64,000 nucleotides of DNA from Candidatus Omnitrophota bacterium (GTDB lineage: Bacteria > Omnitrophota > Gorgyraeia > 2-02-FULL-51-18). The stretch covers positions 22,253 to 86,252 of the forward strand of contig CAMDWQ010000001.1 of assembly GCA_945877765.1 (NCBI GenBank), written 5' to 3'. This document shows positions 11,019-21,201 of the stretch, in pieces. Below the pieces are notes generated by a model. The model worked only from the letters and a program-made list of their open reading frames with translations, had not been told where the DNA came from and ran no database searches. The position numbers and the translations under genes were made by a program. Within the stretch, counting starts at the first letter, position 1, and every line of letters starts with the position of its first letter.

Positions 11019-11047
11019 AATGTACATGGTGATTTGTACTTTGTCAA
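11019..11047 (-). promoter_or_regulatory. Sigma70 promoter with an overlapping GTACA-N8-TGTAC palindrome
   Basis: TTGACA-N17-TACATT on the minus strand, upstream of the 544-aa gene. Confidence 0.6.
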
Positions 11048-11076
11048 ATATTATTTGATTTAATATCATTAAGCGG

Positions 11077-12618
11077 TCATCTCTGCCATATATTTCGATC
11101 CAGCGTGCGGTAGTGAATAGCCTCGGAGACATGCGTCGCTTCTATAGTCTCACTGTCCTCTAGATCCGCAATCGTGCGAGCCACCTTGATCGACTTATGG
11201 TACGCCCGCGCTGAAAAACCCAGCTCCTGAATCGCCATTTTTAATAAGTTTTCTCCCTCTTGGGAAATCGCGCAATATTTTTCAAGCTGTCTTGGCTCAA
11301 GCTCCGCATTGGCCGAAATTTTTTCGGAAGTATACCGCTTTCTCTGGAGAACCCTGGCCTTTTCCACTCGTTGACGAATTGCAAGGGACCCCTCCCCTTT
11401 GCTTTTCTGAGTAATTTCTCCCACTTTCAGGCATGGCACCTCCAGCTGGATGTCAATACGATCAAGGAGCGGTCCTGAAATCTTGGACATATAATTTTTG
11501 ATCTGCACCGACGTGCAATTGCATTCCTTTTTGGGATCCGTAAAATACCCGCATGGACAGGGGTTCATCGCGGCTACCAGCATAAACCGAGCCGGAAAGG
11601 TATAGGTAGACGCGGCCCGAGAAATCGTGATCCTTCCCTCTTCCAGAGGCTGGCGAAGCACCTCCAGCGCATTTCTTTTAAATTCTGCAATTTCATCCAG
11701 AAACAAAACCCCGTGATGAGCGAGGCTGACTTCGCCCGGCTTGGGATTGGAACCACCGCCGACCATTGCAACGCCGGAGATGGTATGGTGAGGGTCACGA
11801 AAAGGCCGCGTGGACAAAAGCGCCGATTTCTGGGAAATAAGTCCGACAACGCTATGAATTTTGGTGGTCTCGATCGCTTCGTTGAACGTAATACTTGAGA
11901 GGATTCCGGGAATTCTTTTAGCGAGCATTGTTTTGCCAGCACCCGGGGGGCCAATCATGATGAGGTTGTGACCTCCTGCCGCCGCGATCTCAAGGCCTCG
12001 TTTCGCATGTAACTGTCCTTTGATATCAGAAAAATCAAGATACTTGGGACTGGCCACCGGATCCGGCAAGCTGGTCACAATCTCCTCGGAGGGTTTTAGG
12101 CTAAGCTCTCCTTTTAAAAACTGAACCAGTTGCAAAAGGTGGTTGACCGCATAAACTCGGATACCGCTCACACACAAAGCTTCTTTGGCATTGCTGGACG
12201 GGATGAAAAAATCCTTTTTTTGCGGCTCCTCCAAAATAGCCGCCGCCCGCGGAAGTATTCCTGGCACACCCCGCACCTTTCCGTCGAGAGACAACTCCCC
12301 GCAAAATATTTTCTCGCGGACAGCCTCCTGCCCAATCACCTCATTGGCCACGAGAATACCAATGGCGATCGCCAAATCAAACGCGGACCCCTCTTTTTTG
12401 ATATCGGCAGGCGCCAAATTGACCGTAATTTTTTTGGAAGGAAAAGGAAAGCCGCTATTTTTAATCGCCGCTCTCACGCGGTCCTGGCTTTCACGGCAGG
12501 CTGTATCGGGAAGCCCCACGATATTAAAAGCAGGCAGTCCGCTAGCAATATCTACCTCCACCTCGACATTGTAAGCTTCGATCCCAACAACGGCACTCGT
12601 TAATACCTTTGAAAACAT
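11077..12618 (-). CDS. comM: ComM/YifB Mg-chelatase-like AAA+ ATPase
   Basis: VNLAPADIKKEGSAFDL, GPPGAGKT, PFRDPHH, LFLDE, AAMNPCPCG, SGPLLDRID. Confidence 0.93.
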   Translation of the reverse strand: MFSKVLTSAVVGIEAYNVEVEVDIASGLPAFNIVGLPDTACRESQDRVRAAIKNSGFPFPSKKITVNLAPADIKKEGSAFDLAIAIGILVANEVIGQEAVREKIFCGELSLDGKVRGVPGILPRAAAILEEPQKKDFFIPSSNAKEALCVSGIRVYAVNHLLQLVQFLKGELSLKPSEEIVTSLPDPVASPKYLDFSDIKGQLHAKRGLEIAAAGGHNLIMIGPPGAGKTMLAKRIPGILSSITFNEAIETTKIHSVVGLISQKSALLSTRPFRDPHHTISGVAMVGGGSNPKPGEVSLAHHGVLFLDEIAEFKRNALEVLRQPLEEGRITISRAASTYTFPARFMLVAAMNPCPCGYFTDPKKECNCTSVQIKNYMSKISGPLLDRIDIQLEVPCLKVGEITQKSKGEGSLAIRQRVEKARVLQRKRYTSEKISANAELEPRQLEKYCAISQEGENLLKMAIQELGFSARAYHKSIKVARTIADLEDSETIEATHVSEAIHYRTLDRNIWQR

Positions 12619-12619
12619 G

Positions 12620-12994
12620 TTAGCCTCCTGGGAATGCGTCTTGTATTAATTCAATGAGAGGTTTTCCATCTCTAGGAATTAAAATCGAAACCACATCGAA
12701 GCGGCAAGGCGTTTCTTGCATTCCGTAGCGGCCAAGATAAGACTGAGCCACTCTCACAATCTGCCTTCTTTTGGCAGGAGTGACACTCTCGGCGGGATCC
12801 CCCATCGCCAAGGAGCTACGAGTCTTTACCTCAATAAAAACCAACGTCTCCCCGTGGCGCGCTATCAGATCAATTTCGCCCAGTGAGTTTTCGTAGTTTT
12901 TAAGAAGCAGTTTATAGCCGCGCTGATGCAAAAAGGAAGAGGCTAGATTCTCTCCCAAAATTCCGAGCATCTTCGATGTGGTTGCTTGATTCAT
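12620..12994 (-). CDS. yraN: YraN family nuclease-like protein (UPF0102)
   Basis: GEIDLIA, LVFIEVKTR, CRFDVV; usual position next to comM. Confidence 0.92.
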   Translation of the reverse strand: MNQATTSKMLGILGENLASSFLHQRGYKLLLKNYENSLGEIDLIARHGETLVFIEVKTRSSLAMGDPAESVTPAKRRQIVRVAQSYLGRYGMQETPCRFDVVSILIPRDGKPLIELIQDAFPGG

Positions 12995-13000
12995 GGATGC

Positions 13001-13270
13001 TTAGGAGTCCACGCCGTCTATTTCCTTATTGTAGGCTTCAAGCACTCTTGCCTCGACCTCATGCTTGAGTGAGCCTTCAATAGCAATCGTATCCATCCAC
13101 CGGCCATCCTTGGCGAGCTTGCTAGGGACTTTCACAAAGGCACCCTTGGGGCCATCCATCACCGAGAAACCACGAATCAGCAGATATTCCCCAAATTTCA
13201 CATTCGCAAATGCCTTTAACTTGCTGTCAAGATTAGATTTACGAATATCAACCACTTCTACTTCCATCAT
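13001..13270 (-). CDS. spoVG: SpoVG family nucleic-acid-binding protein
   Basis: KLKAFANVKFG..LIRGFSVMDGPKGAFVKVPS; RBS AAGGAGG before ATG 13270. Confidence 0.8.
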   Translation of the reverse strand: MMEVEVVDIRKSNLDSKLKAFANVKFGEYLLIRGFSVMDGPKGAFVKVPSKLAKDGRWMDTIAIEGSLKHEVEARVLEAYNKEIDGVDS

Positions 13271-13285
13271 ACCAGCCTCCTTTGG

Positions 13286-13343
13286 TTCGACGCGCTTGGC
13301 TTGCTCACCATTCATCCTGAGCAAGGCCGAAGGCCGCGTCGAA
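13286..13343. repeat. REP-like palindromic doublet just upstream of the spoVG RBS
   Basis: ttcgacgcg...ttgctca-N10-tgagcaa...cgcgtcgaa; nested 9-bp and 7-bp stems. Confidence 0.6.
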
Positions 13344-13498
13344 TGGACTTGTTTTGGGTTTAAACACACGAAAGCATTCGTGCTCTCACCCTACAGGACG
13401 ACAAAGAGGGTCTTTTTCGTCAAAAATTTATTAACATTTTTTTTCGATTAACATCAACGAGCGTCACTCCCAAACAGCCACACAGTGTCACCCATCCC

Positions 13499-13610
13499 GT
13501 CATTCCCGAAAGTTTTAATCGGGAATCAAACCTACCTGTCGTCATTCCCGAAGGCTTCAATCGGGAATCAAACCTATACATGATCCCTGATAATGGATCT
13601 CGGGGATGAC
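13499..13610 (+). repeat. REP-like cluster: two GTCATTCCCG-hairpin units plus one inverted GTCATCCCCG unit
   Basis: gtcattcccgaa..tcgggaatcaaacct at 13499 and 13541, then atgatccctgat...tctcggggatgac; same element at 16225 (inverted) and 60843. Confidence 0.85.
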
Positions 13611-14462
13611 ATGGGGGGGTGTGGGAGCAAGATAAGCAGTGGCACCGCATCGACGGTTTCTATGCATGACAGCGCAAGTGTTTCAGGGGACATGGATACT
13701 AAATCCAACGTCGATTTTGCGCCTCATCTCAGTTTTTATAGCCCTAGACTTAGCGGTCACGGTCGATCCTCTGGGAATCTTGTAGTAAAAAGTGGTCAGA
13801 CCGTGACGTGGGGTGACCCAAGTTATAGAGGCGGATATCGTGACTGGACTGCCTGCTACGTGGATAATCAGAAATCAGTTGTTATAGAACCCGGTGCCAC
13901 CGTCAACATTGTTGGAAATCTTGTTATACGTGTTGATGCCGTGAGCACTGTCACGGAAGTGAGTTCTGCGGTACTTACGGTTACAGATCCCGCTTTCGTT
14001 ATATGCCCCGGCGCGACCATCAACATCGCAAAAGACGTCGTTTTTAAAATATATGCCGCCGCTGGGGCTGTATCGATAAATTCGTTTATCAACCACAATA
14101 ATGATTCGACAGAAGCCCAAAATTTTCAAGTGGTTGGCTCAATTGACTGCCCCGTGATTGATCTTAGAAATCTCTATGACACCACTCAGGCTGATGGAGG
14201 GCATATGCCAATGCTTGTCACAGCAGCCAACGCCCAAGTGCTGCCTCCCGAAAAAGGTAATATTTACGGCGGGATAGTATGTAAACGCTTCGGTTGGGAT
14301 AATTACACAGAAGATTCAGTGACTGGCGATAGTAGTTCGATACTACGAATTCACTATGACGAAGAACTTAGAAGAACGGGACCTGTGGGTCAAACCGTGT
14401 ATGGAGCAGTACGACCCTGGAACCTTCCCGTCAAACTAGAGTGGGTAAGGGTAGTAGATTAA
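13593..14462 (+). pseudogene. Probably 5'-truncated beta-rich PilX-like surface protein (C-terminal part)
   Basis: ORF start lies inside the REP element; beta-strand-rich body with GNIYGGIV and a C-terminal IHYDEELR...LEW typical of PilX-like C-termini; no signal or pilin N-terminus. Confidence 0.45.
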
Positions 14463-14482
14463 ACAACACAAAGGAGGCTAAG

Positions 14483-14704
14483 ATGGTACATCTGAGAAAT
14501 AGGTTCGCACTTGCAATAGCGTTGGCGTTTGCTTTTTCGTCCTCGATGATGATCTCTCAAGAAGCAAATGCTGATGAGGAAGCACTTCAAGATTATACCC
14601 AAGAAAGTGAAAATGTCCGGTTCGTCAACCTAGAAGGAAGCCGTGCAACAAAGGATGTTACGCTTAATATCACTGCCGAAGGCACTGAGATTGTGGAAAG
14701 CTAG
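14483..14704 (+). CDS. Small secreted protein (73 aa), possibly a truncated gene
   Basis: RBS AAGGAGG; signal peptide MVHLRNRFALAIALAFAFSSSMMISQEANA. Confidence 0.55.
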   Translation: MVHLRNRFALAIALAFAFSSSMMISQEANADEEALQDYTQESENVRFVNLEGSRATKDVTLNITAEGTEIVES

Positions 14705-14928
14705 CAAACAGTGTCGGGCGAAGTCAAAGCGTAAACATGCCCTAGAGGTGTGGAGAACTAGCAAAGGTTAGCGGTTAAGGGGTCAAATCTCCCCTTGACT
14801 GCATGCCTGATAAAAGTTCCGGGGACACTATACTTAATTCAGTTCCATGCTCTCTATTTTTTCCTCCGCTCTAGCTTCGATTGACTTATTCAAATAGTCA
14901 TTTAATTTAGTTTGACTTTTTTAAATGA

Positions 14929-16179
14929 ATGCTGTATATTTTCAGCATGATGCAGAGGGCACTTTATTCGATTGTATTTTCACAGACTTGGGGCCGGCAG
15001 ATGCGTTTTATCACGGGCCCAAGACAGTCAGGCAAGACGACGCTGGCCAAACAGAAGCTTGAGATAGCAGGCTCGCCCGAGCTTTATTTTTTGTGGGATT
15101 TGCGCGAGGTGCGTAGGCGCTACAAAGAAAATCAGCTTTTTTTTACCGAAAACCACCCCCCCAGCAAAACTCCTCAGTGGGTTTGTTTTGATGAGATTCA
15201 TAAAATCCCGAAATGGAAAAATGGGCTAAAAGCAATTTTTGACGCAAGTCAAGAGGATTACCGGTTTATTGTCACGGGCTCCGCCAAGCTTGAGATTTTT
15301 AAAAAAGCGGGCGACAGCCTTTCCGGAAGATATTTTACGTTTCATCTTTTTCCTCTGGCCCTCTCGGAGTTATCAGGGTCCAAATCCGTTTTGACGGTTG
15401 AGGATTTAGCGCCTAAAACGGCCCATGACTGGATACAACAAATCCTTGATTTTCATGAACTAAAAAATACCCACCAGAATTTATCCGATTTGCTTGAGTA
15501 CGGCGGATTCCCCGAACCATTTTTAAAACAGTCCCATGCTTTCCATATGAAATGGAGAAAAGACTATGCGGATACAGTGATCCGTGAGGATATCGGAGCC
15601 CTGACAAGGATTATAGACAAGGAATACCTCTATGACCTGTATCAACTCCTGCCTGAAATGGTGGGAAGTCACATTTCCGAGTCATCCATTGCCTCTCATT
15701 TACAAATCAGCGGCCCGACAGTTAAAAGCTATCTCCGGCGGCTTGAGGATTTTTATTTGACGTTTAGAGTGCGCCCTTACTTTAAAAACATCAAACGGGC
15801 GCTGTTAAAAACTCCCAAGTGTTATCTTTATGATTACACAATGATCGGTGACGCAGGCAAGCGGTTTGAGAATTTCGTGGCTATAGAACTCATGAGCCGC
15901 ATTCATTTATGGATGGATGCTGGTAGTGAGGACTACTCGCTTTTTTACGTTCGCAACAAGGAAGGTCAAGAAACAGATTTTCTTATTTTAAAAAATTCAA
16001 AACCGTGGCTACTTCTAGAGGCTAAATTGTCTGATTCGAGAATTGACGGACATCATTACAAAACCCAAGCCATGCTGGGGGGCATCCCCTTGGTTCAGCT
16101 CTGCCGTAAAGACGGTGTTTGCCGAATGGAGGGCAAAAATATTTATCAGATTTCCGCCGCGCGGTTTTTTTCTTCTTAA
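14929..16179 (+). CDS. AAA_14 ATPase with DUF4143 PD-(D/E)xK-like C-terminus
   Basis: GPRQSGKT, FDEIH, VTGSA, LSGR, GGFPE, FENFV, ETDF...EAK. Confidence 0.9.
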   Translation: MLYIFSMMQRALYSIVFSQTWGRQMRFITGPRQSGKTTLAKQKLEIAGSPELYFLWDLREVRRRYKENQLFFTENHPPSKTPQWVCFDEIHKIPKWKNGLKAIFDASQEDYRFIVTGSAKLEIFKKAGDSLSGRYFTFHLFPLALSELSGSKSVLTVEDLAPKTAHDWIQQILDFHELKNTHQNLSDLLEYGGFPEPFLKQSHAFHMKWRKDYADTVIREDIGALTRIIDKEYLYDLYQLLPEMVGSHISESSIASHLQISGPTVKSYLRRLEDFYLTFRVRPYFKNIKRALLKTPKCYLYDYTMIGDAGKRFENFVAIELMSRIHLWMDAGSEDYSLFYVRNKEGQETDFLILKNSKPWLLLEAKLSDSRIDGHHYKTQAMLGGIPLVQLCRKDGVCRMEGKNIYQISAARFFSS

Positions 16180-16224
16180 CCCAATTCAGGGAACCCCAGA
16201 ATTGACGATTAACTGTAATGGCGC

Positions 16225-16294
16225 GTCATCCCCGAGATTTCTTATCGGGGATCATACCGAGGTTTGATTCCCGATTAAAGCCTTCGGGAATGAC
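16225..16294 (-). repeat. Inverted copy of the 70-bp composite REP element at 13541-13610
   Basis: Reverse complement matches 13541-13610 at 61/70 positions by manual alignment. Confidence 0.85.
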
Positions 16295-16317
16295 AACGGG
16301 GTGGCACCAGCCTAAGA

Positions 16318-18633
16318 TTAAGCTTGGACGAAGATAGTAACCGTAAGATTTGTCCCATCAGAAACAACGCGGACGGCTCCCTGCTGATCCGTTCTAAAAA
16401 TTTGATTGCCTTTGATTGAAGAAAGTAGCTCCAGCGTTTCTTTACGCGGATGACCGTAAGAGTTTCTCTGGCCGACGCTGATAACACTGACCCTCGGAGC
16501 AACGCTTTGAAAAAATAGCTCTGCCTCTTTTCTTGGTTTAGCCCCATGATGAGGCACTTTCAAGACATCCGCGTGCAAATCAAGCCCGGACTCCATTAGG
16601 CTTCTCATGGCAGGATCCTCAATGTCTCCGGTCAATAGAAATGATGTCTTTCCATACGTAATTTTTAAAATAAGACAGTCATTGTTGATATTTTTGGAGG
16701 CCTCTTTCCCGGCCGGGGGACTAAAGATGTCCACTCGGACATCCGAAAATCCTTTCAAGCTAGATCCCCTTGCGGCCTGGCAATAATCAATCATTTTGCT
16801 GCGAATATTCTTTTGCAACAACTGGTAGATTCCCGAAAAATAAACTTTTTTGGCATCAATCACGTGAGCCACTGAAAAATCCTCCAGGAGTGCCGACATG
16901 CCTCCGATATGGTCTTCCTGAGGATGGCTGATCACTAGCGCATCCAATGAGCGGATTCCCCTAGACTTAAGATACGGCCCCACCACGTGACGGCCTTTGT
17001 CGTGCGGCTGGCCTTTGCCTGCGTCGATCAGCAGGTTCCCGCCCTTAGGAAATTCAAAATAAATAGCATCCCCTTGTCCCACATCAAGCACCGTCATCGC
17101 AAAGCGGCGGTCAAAATACCTTAGCGCCTCTTGAAAAAGAAAGACATTCATCGAAAAAATGATTAATAGGAGAGCTCGAAAAAATCGACTTTTTATTTTT
17201 TTTGAAAAAAGTAAATAGCTTAATCCTGCGATTAAAACAATTTCCACCGCCAAGTCCATTTTGCCGACAATCACTACGCTAAACGGCAATCGACTAATCC
17301 ATGAAAGCAAGCACGTAAAAATAAGCATCATTGATTTTAAAATCCACGGGATAAAAAATAAGAATGGGGGCACCCACCAAAAGCATAAAAAATAAACTAA
17401 GCCGCAAAAAAATAAGCAAAATGACAGCGGCACCGCAACCATGTTGGCCGCCAGCGACAGAGGGGTTACCATATAAAAATATTGCACCGTCAAAGGCAAT
17501 GTCGTCAATGTCGCCACAAAAGATACCCAGAAGAGCTCTTGGGCGCCGAAAGCAGATTTCTCCCAAAACGTCATTTTTTCATTGGGGAAGAGTTCTTTTT
17601 TGGGCATAAAAATTGGCATAAAAAGCGCCATTCCTGCCACGGCCGCAAAGGAAAGCTGGAAACCAATATCAAAAATATTTTTAGGATTCGAGGCTAGAAT
17701 CAGAAGAGCCGCCAATCCCAGTGAGTTTAAGAGATCTTGCTTTCGCCCCAGCAATTTAGCGACAATGAGAACCGTTGCCATGACAGAGGCGCGCACTAAA
17801 GGCGCTTGCCACCCCACCATCACGCAGTAGGCCCAAATAACCGCCAGCACAATCACCCACCGAATTTTTTTAGGTATCCTAAACGGGGATAAAATAAACA
17901 GGAGGGCCGCCGTTAAAAAACCGACATTAAACCCGCTAACCGCCAGAAGATGCATCGTGCCAGTGCGGACAAAAAGACTTTCAAATTCGTCAGACAATTC
18001 CCTTTTCTCACCCAGTAGTAGCGCTTTAAGAAAGGCGGCGTCATCCAGCTTGAATTCTTGTGCTAATTTCTGAGATAGAAAATTTCGAAACTTGATCGCG
18101 TATTCGGTAATAAAATGGGGCCGATGCCCCACCACCAACGTGCCGGCGCTATCTTTTTTGGCAAAAAAAAGCCCTCGTATTCCCTGTCGGTCAAGGTAGG
18201 CGCGCGCATCAAAGCCGCCGGGATTTCGCGGGCCATCAGGAAGAGCCAATTTTCCGGATAGACTAATCTGATCCCCATAACGCAACCACACCGCTGGATC
18301 TCTGACAGTGACTCTCACCTTCCCGCGTAAAGTTTTGAAGGCATCGCCTTCCCAGTCAACAGAGTCACACTCCAAGACAAACGAATCATATTTCTGATGG
18401 TAGTAATTTACTTTCCTTTCAACCTCAGAAATAATTCTTCCGCGAATAAGAACAGATTCCGGATCTTGCCGCGCTATCCAATAAACATCATTTTTGGGGA
18501 CTTGGTACAAATAGGCGGGAACAAAATAGCCGGTAAGTAAAATGAGGGTAGAAAATAGAATCGCCGCATAAAAAAGCGGACGACGGCCTATTTCGCGAAA
18601 TTGGAGCTTGCTTAGAATATCAAGCGCTGGCAT
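16318..18633 (-). CDS. comEC: DNA uptake channel ComEC/Rec2 with metallo-beta-lactamase domain
   Basis: RNPGGFD, HLLAVSGFN, GFQLSF, LDVGQGDA, SHPQEDHIGG, LKVPHHG, YGHP. Confidence 0.95.
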   Translation of the reverse strand: MPALDILSKLQFREIGRRPLFYAAILFSTLILLTGYFVPAYLYQVPKNDVYWIARQDPESVLIRGRIISEVERKVNYYHQKYDSFVLECDSVDWEGDAFKTLRGKVRVTVRDPAVWLRYGDQISLSGKLALPDGPRNPGGFDARAYLDRQGIRGLFFAKKDSAGTLVVGHRPHFITEYAIKFRNFLSQKLAQEFKLDDAAFLKALLLGEKRELSDEFESLFVRTGTMHLLAVSGFNVGFLTAALLFILSPFRIPKKIRWVIVLAVIWAYCVMVGWQAPLVRASVMATVLIVAKLLGRKQDLLNSLGLAALLILASNPKNIFDIGFQLSFAAVAGMALFMPIFMPKKELFPNEKMTFWEKSAFGAQELFWVSFVATLTTLPLTVQYFYMVTPLSLAANMVAVPLSFCLFFCGLVYFLCFWWVPPFLFFIPWILKSMMLIFTCLLSWISRLPFSVVIVGKMDLAVEIVLIAGLSYLLFSKKIKSRFFRALLLIIFSMNVFLFQEALRYFDRRFAMTVLDVGQGDAIYFEFPKGGNLLIDAGKGQPHDKGRHVVGPYLKSRGIRSLDALVISHPQEDHIGGMSALLEDFSVAHVIDAKKVYFSGIYQLLQKNIRSKMIDYCQAARGSSLKGFSDVRVDIFSPPAGKEASKNINNDCLILKITYGKTSFLLTGDIEDPAMRSLMESGLDLHADVLKVPHHGAKPRKEAELFFQSVAPRVSVISVGQRNSYGHPRKETLELLSSIKGNQIFRTDQQGAVRVVSDGTNLTVTIFVQA

Positions 18634-18766
18634 TTTTCTGGGGAGCTACCACGCGCAGAGTGACCTGATCCCTGACATTTAAAAAAATATTAACCACAAC
18701 CAGACACAAAGCAACGACCGAGAGGACAATCAAGATCTTTACTTCGTAAGCAATGTGTCTTTTCAA
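18620..18766 (-). CDS. Unannotated 48-aa single-TM protein (possible ComEA N-terminal remnant)
   Basis: TTG start overlaps the leuS stop (TTGA); [48 protein letters not shown]; stop lies just past the comEC start. Confidence 0.55.
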   Translation of the reverse strand: MKRHIAYEVKILIVLSVVALCLVVVNIFLNVRDQVTLRVVAPQKNASA

Positions 18767-21201
18767 GAAACGGCGATGGTGTAGATCTTTTTGGGGACGT
18801 ACTTTTTCTGAGAAATTTTTAGGCCCCCAATGGCAGCGAGAACTTTCTCATCCTTCATTACCTGACTCTCCACTTGGGCCTCAGTAGCGGAGGCGGAAAT
18901 TGTAATTTTAGATTTTACCTTTCCGTTGACCATGATAGGGATCTCAAGCTCATCATCCTCGATGAGCGCTGGGTTGTAGATGGGCCAGGATTGATATGCA
19001 AGGCTTTCTTTATTTCCCAGGCGCTGCCAAAGCTCTTCGGCTAGGTGAGGCGCAAGCGGCGATAAAATGAGCGCAAAATCTCGCATCACCGACTTGGGCC
19101 GCACCGCTTCTTTGGACAGATCGTTGGAAAAAATCATAAGTGCTGAGATGGCGGTATTAAAAGAAAGTGTCTCAATGTCGTCACCCACTTTTTTAATCGT
19201 GCGGTGAAGCTGTTTTAAAATGGCTGGATTTGGCTCGATCTCCTGAATAGAGGTGTCAAGATTACCTTGGCGGTCAACAAAAAGACGCCAGATCCTGCCC
19301 AAAAAGCGGTAAACACCTTCCACGCCCTTCATCGACCAGGATTTCATCTGCGTCAGAGGGCCCATGAACATCTCGTACAACCTGAGACTGTCCGCACCGT
19401 ATTCGCGAACAACCTGGTCAGGATTGATTACGTTTCCTCTGGATTTGGACATTTTCTGTCCGTCCTCGCCTAAAATCATGCCTTGGTTTACTAGCTTCTT
19501 AAAGGGCTCTAAACCCGAAACTAGCTTTAAATCATAAAGCACTTTATGCCAAAAACGAGAGTAAAGCAGATGCAGCACCGCATGCTCCGCTCCGCCAACA
19601 TAAAGATCGACGGGCATCCAGTATTTTTCTTTGGCGGGGTCGCAAAAAGACTTCGAATTCTTGGGGTCGAGATAACGCAAATAATACCAGCAGGAACCAG
19701 CCCACTGGGGCATCGTATTGGTTTCCCGGTTCGCTGGTCCGGCGCATTTAGGACATTTTGTTTCCAACCACTCTTTAATCTTAGCTAGCGGCGGCTCTGC
19801 GTTGGCGCTAGGCTTAAAGTCGTTGGTTTCGGGCAAGCGAAGAGGTAAATCATTCTCATTAAGAGGCACAATGCCGCATTTGGCGCAATGAACCAGTGGA
19901 ATGGGTTCGCCCCAATAACGCTGCCGCGAAAAGAGCCAATCGCGTAGTTTGTAATTAACCATTTGCTTTCCTACGCCCTGTTTTTGGAGCCACTCGATCA
20001 TATTTTTTTTGGCTTCCGTCGTTGTCAGACCTGAAATAAAGCCGCTATTCACCGAAAGCCCCTCCCCCGTAAACGCTTTTTCGGCAACACTACCCCCGGA
20101 AACCACCTCGGTGATTTTCATCCCAAATTTTTTGGCAAATTCATAATCGCGCTCATCGTGAGCCGGCACTGCCATAATCGCACCCGTGCCATAGGTCAAT
20201 AAGACATAGTCCGCAACCCAGACAGGGATTTTTTCATCATTAACAGGATTCACCGCGTAGGCTCCGGTGAATACACCGGTCTTTTCCTTTGAAAGCTCCA
20301 TTCGTTCAAGCTCGCTTTTGGAGGCGGCTTGTTTTTGGTAGGCTTCCACCGATTTTTTTTGATCGGCCGTGGTAATTTTGGAAACTAGCGCATGTTCAGG
20401 CGAAAGAACCAAATAGGTTGCGCCAAAAAGGGTGTCTGGGCGAGTGGTAAAAACAGCCACGCCCTCCCCCCCGCCTTCAATTTTAAAACAAACCTCGGCA
20501 CCGACACTTCTACCGATCCAATTTTTTTGCATTTCCTTAACCGAGTCGGGCCAATCCACCAATTTTAAATCATCAAGCAACCGATCGGCATACGCGGTAA
20601 TCTTGAGCATCCACTGCCGCATGGGCCGCCGCACCACCGGATGACCGCCACGCTCACTCTTACCGTCAACCACCTCTTCGTTGGCAAGGACACAGCTAAG
20701 CGCCTCGCACCACCACACCGGCACCTCGGCAACATAAGCCAGCCCGCGGTGATAAAGCTGCAAAAAAATCCACTGCGTCCACCGCACATACTCCGGATCG
20801 GTAGTATCTACCTCTCGGTCCCAGTCGTAACTTAGCCCTATCGATTGGATTTGACGCCTAAAATTATCGATATTTTTCTTCGTGGTGACGGCCGGATGAG
20901 TGCCGGTCTCAATGGCGTACTGTTCGGCCGGAAGACCAAAAGCATCCCAGCCCATGGGATGCAGGACGTGATAGCCCTGCATACGCTTAAAACGGCAATA
21001 AATATCGGTCGCTGTATAGCCTTCTGGATGGCCCACATGCAAGCCAGCGCCTGACGGATACGGAAACATATCAAGCACATAAATCTTTTTAGCGGTTTGG
21101 GTAGGCGCTACGTCCGCGGTACAAAAAGTTTTGTTCTCGAGCCAGTGTTTTTGCCAGCGAGCTTCTATTTCAGAAAACGGGTAGAGTGAATCTGTCATCA
21201 T
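18763..21201 (-). CDS. leuS: Leucine--tRNA ligase
   Basis: [45 protein letters not shown]; ATG 21201 overlaps the upstream stop (ATGA). Confidence 0.97.
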   Translation of the reverse strand: MMTDSLYPFSEIEARWQKHWLENKTFCTADVAPTQTAKKIYVLDMFPYPSGAGLHVGHPEGYTATDIYCRFKRMQGYHVLHPMGWDAFGLPAEQYAIETGTHPAVTTKKNIDNFRRQIQSIGLSYDWDREVDTTDPEYVRWTQWIFLQLYHRGLAYVAEVPVWWCEALSCVLANEEVVDGKSERGGHPVVRRPMRQWMLKITAYADRLLDDLKLVDWPDSVKEMQKNWIGRSVGAEVCFKIEGGGEGVAVFTTRPDTLFGATYLVLSPEHALVSKITTADQKKSVEAYQKQAASKSELERMELSKEKTGVFTGAYAVNPVNDEKIPVWVADYVLLTYGTGAIMAVPAHDERDYEFAKKFGMKITEVVSGGSVAEKAFTGEGLSVNSGFISGLTTTEAKKNMIEWLQKQGVGKQMVNYKLRDWLFSRQRYWGEPIPLVHCAKCGIVPLNENDLPLRLPETNDFKPSANAEPPLAKIKEWLETKCPKCAGPANRETNTMPQWAGSCWYYLRYLDPKNSKSFCDPAKEKYWMPVDLYVGGAEHAVLHLLYSRFWHKVLYDLKLVSGLEPFKKLVNQGMILGEDGQKMSKSRGNVINPDQVVREYGADSLRLYEMFMGPLTQMKSWSMKGVEGVYRFLGRIWRLFVDRQGNLDTSIQEIEPNPAILKQLHRTIKKVGDDIETLSFNTAISALMIFSNDLSKEAVRPKSVMRDFALILSPLAPHLAEELWQRLGNKESLAYQSWPIYNPALIEDDELEIPIMVNGKVKSKITISASATEAQVESQVMKDEKVLAAIGGLKISQKKYVPKKIYTIAVS

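Noticed and set aside
13271-13369. N-terminal extension of SpoVG in the ORF track
   Set aside because: It translates a palindromic repeat; a strong RBS supports ATG 13270
13499-13610. Mini CRISPR array (two ~35-bp direct repeats)
   Set aside because: The spacer is only 7 bp, copies are dispersed and inverted elsewhere, and there are no cas genes; it fits a REP-like element
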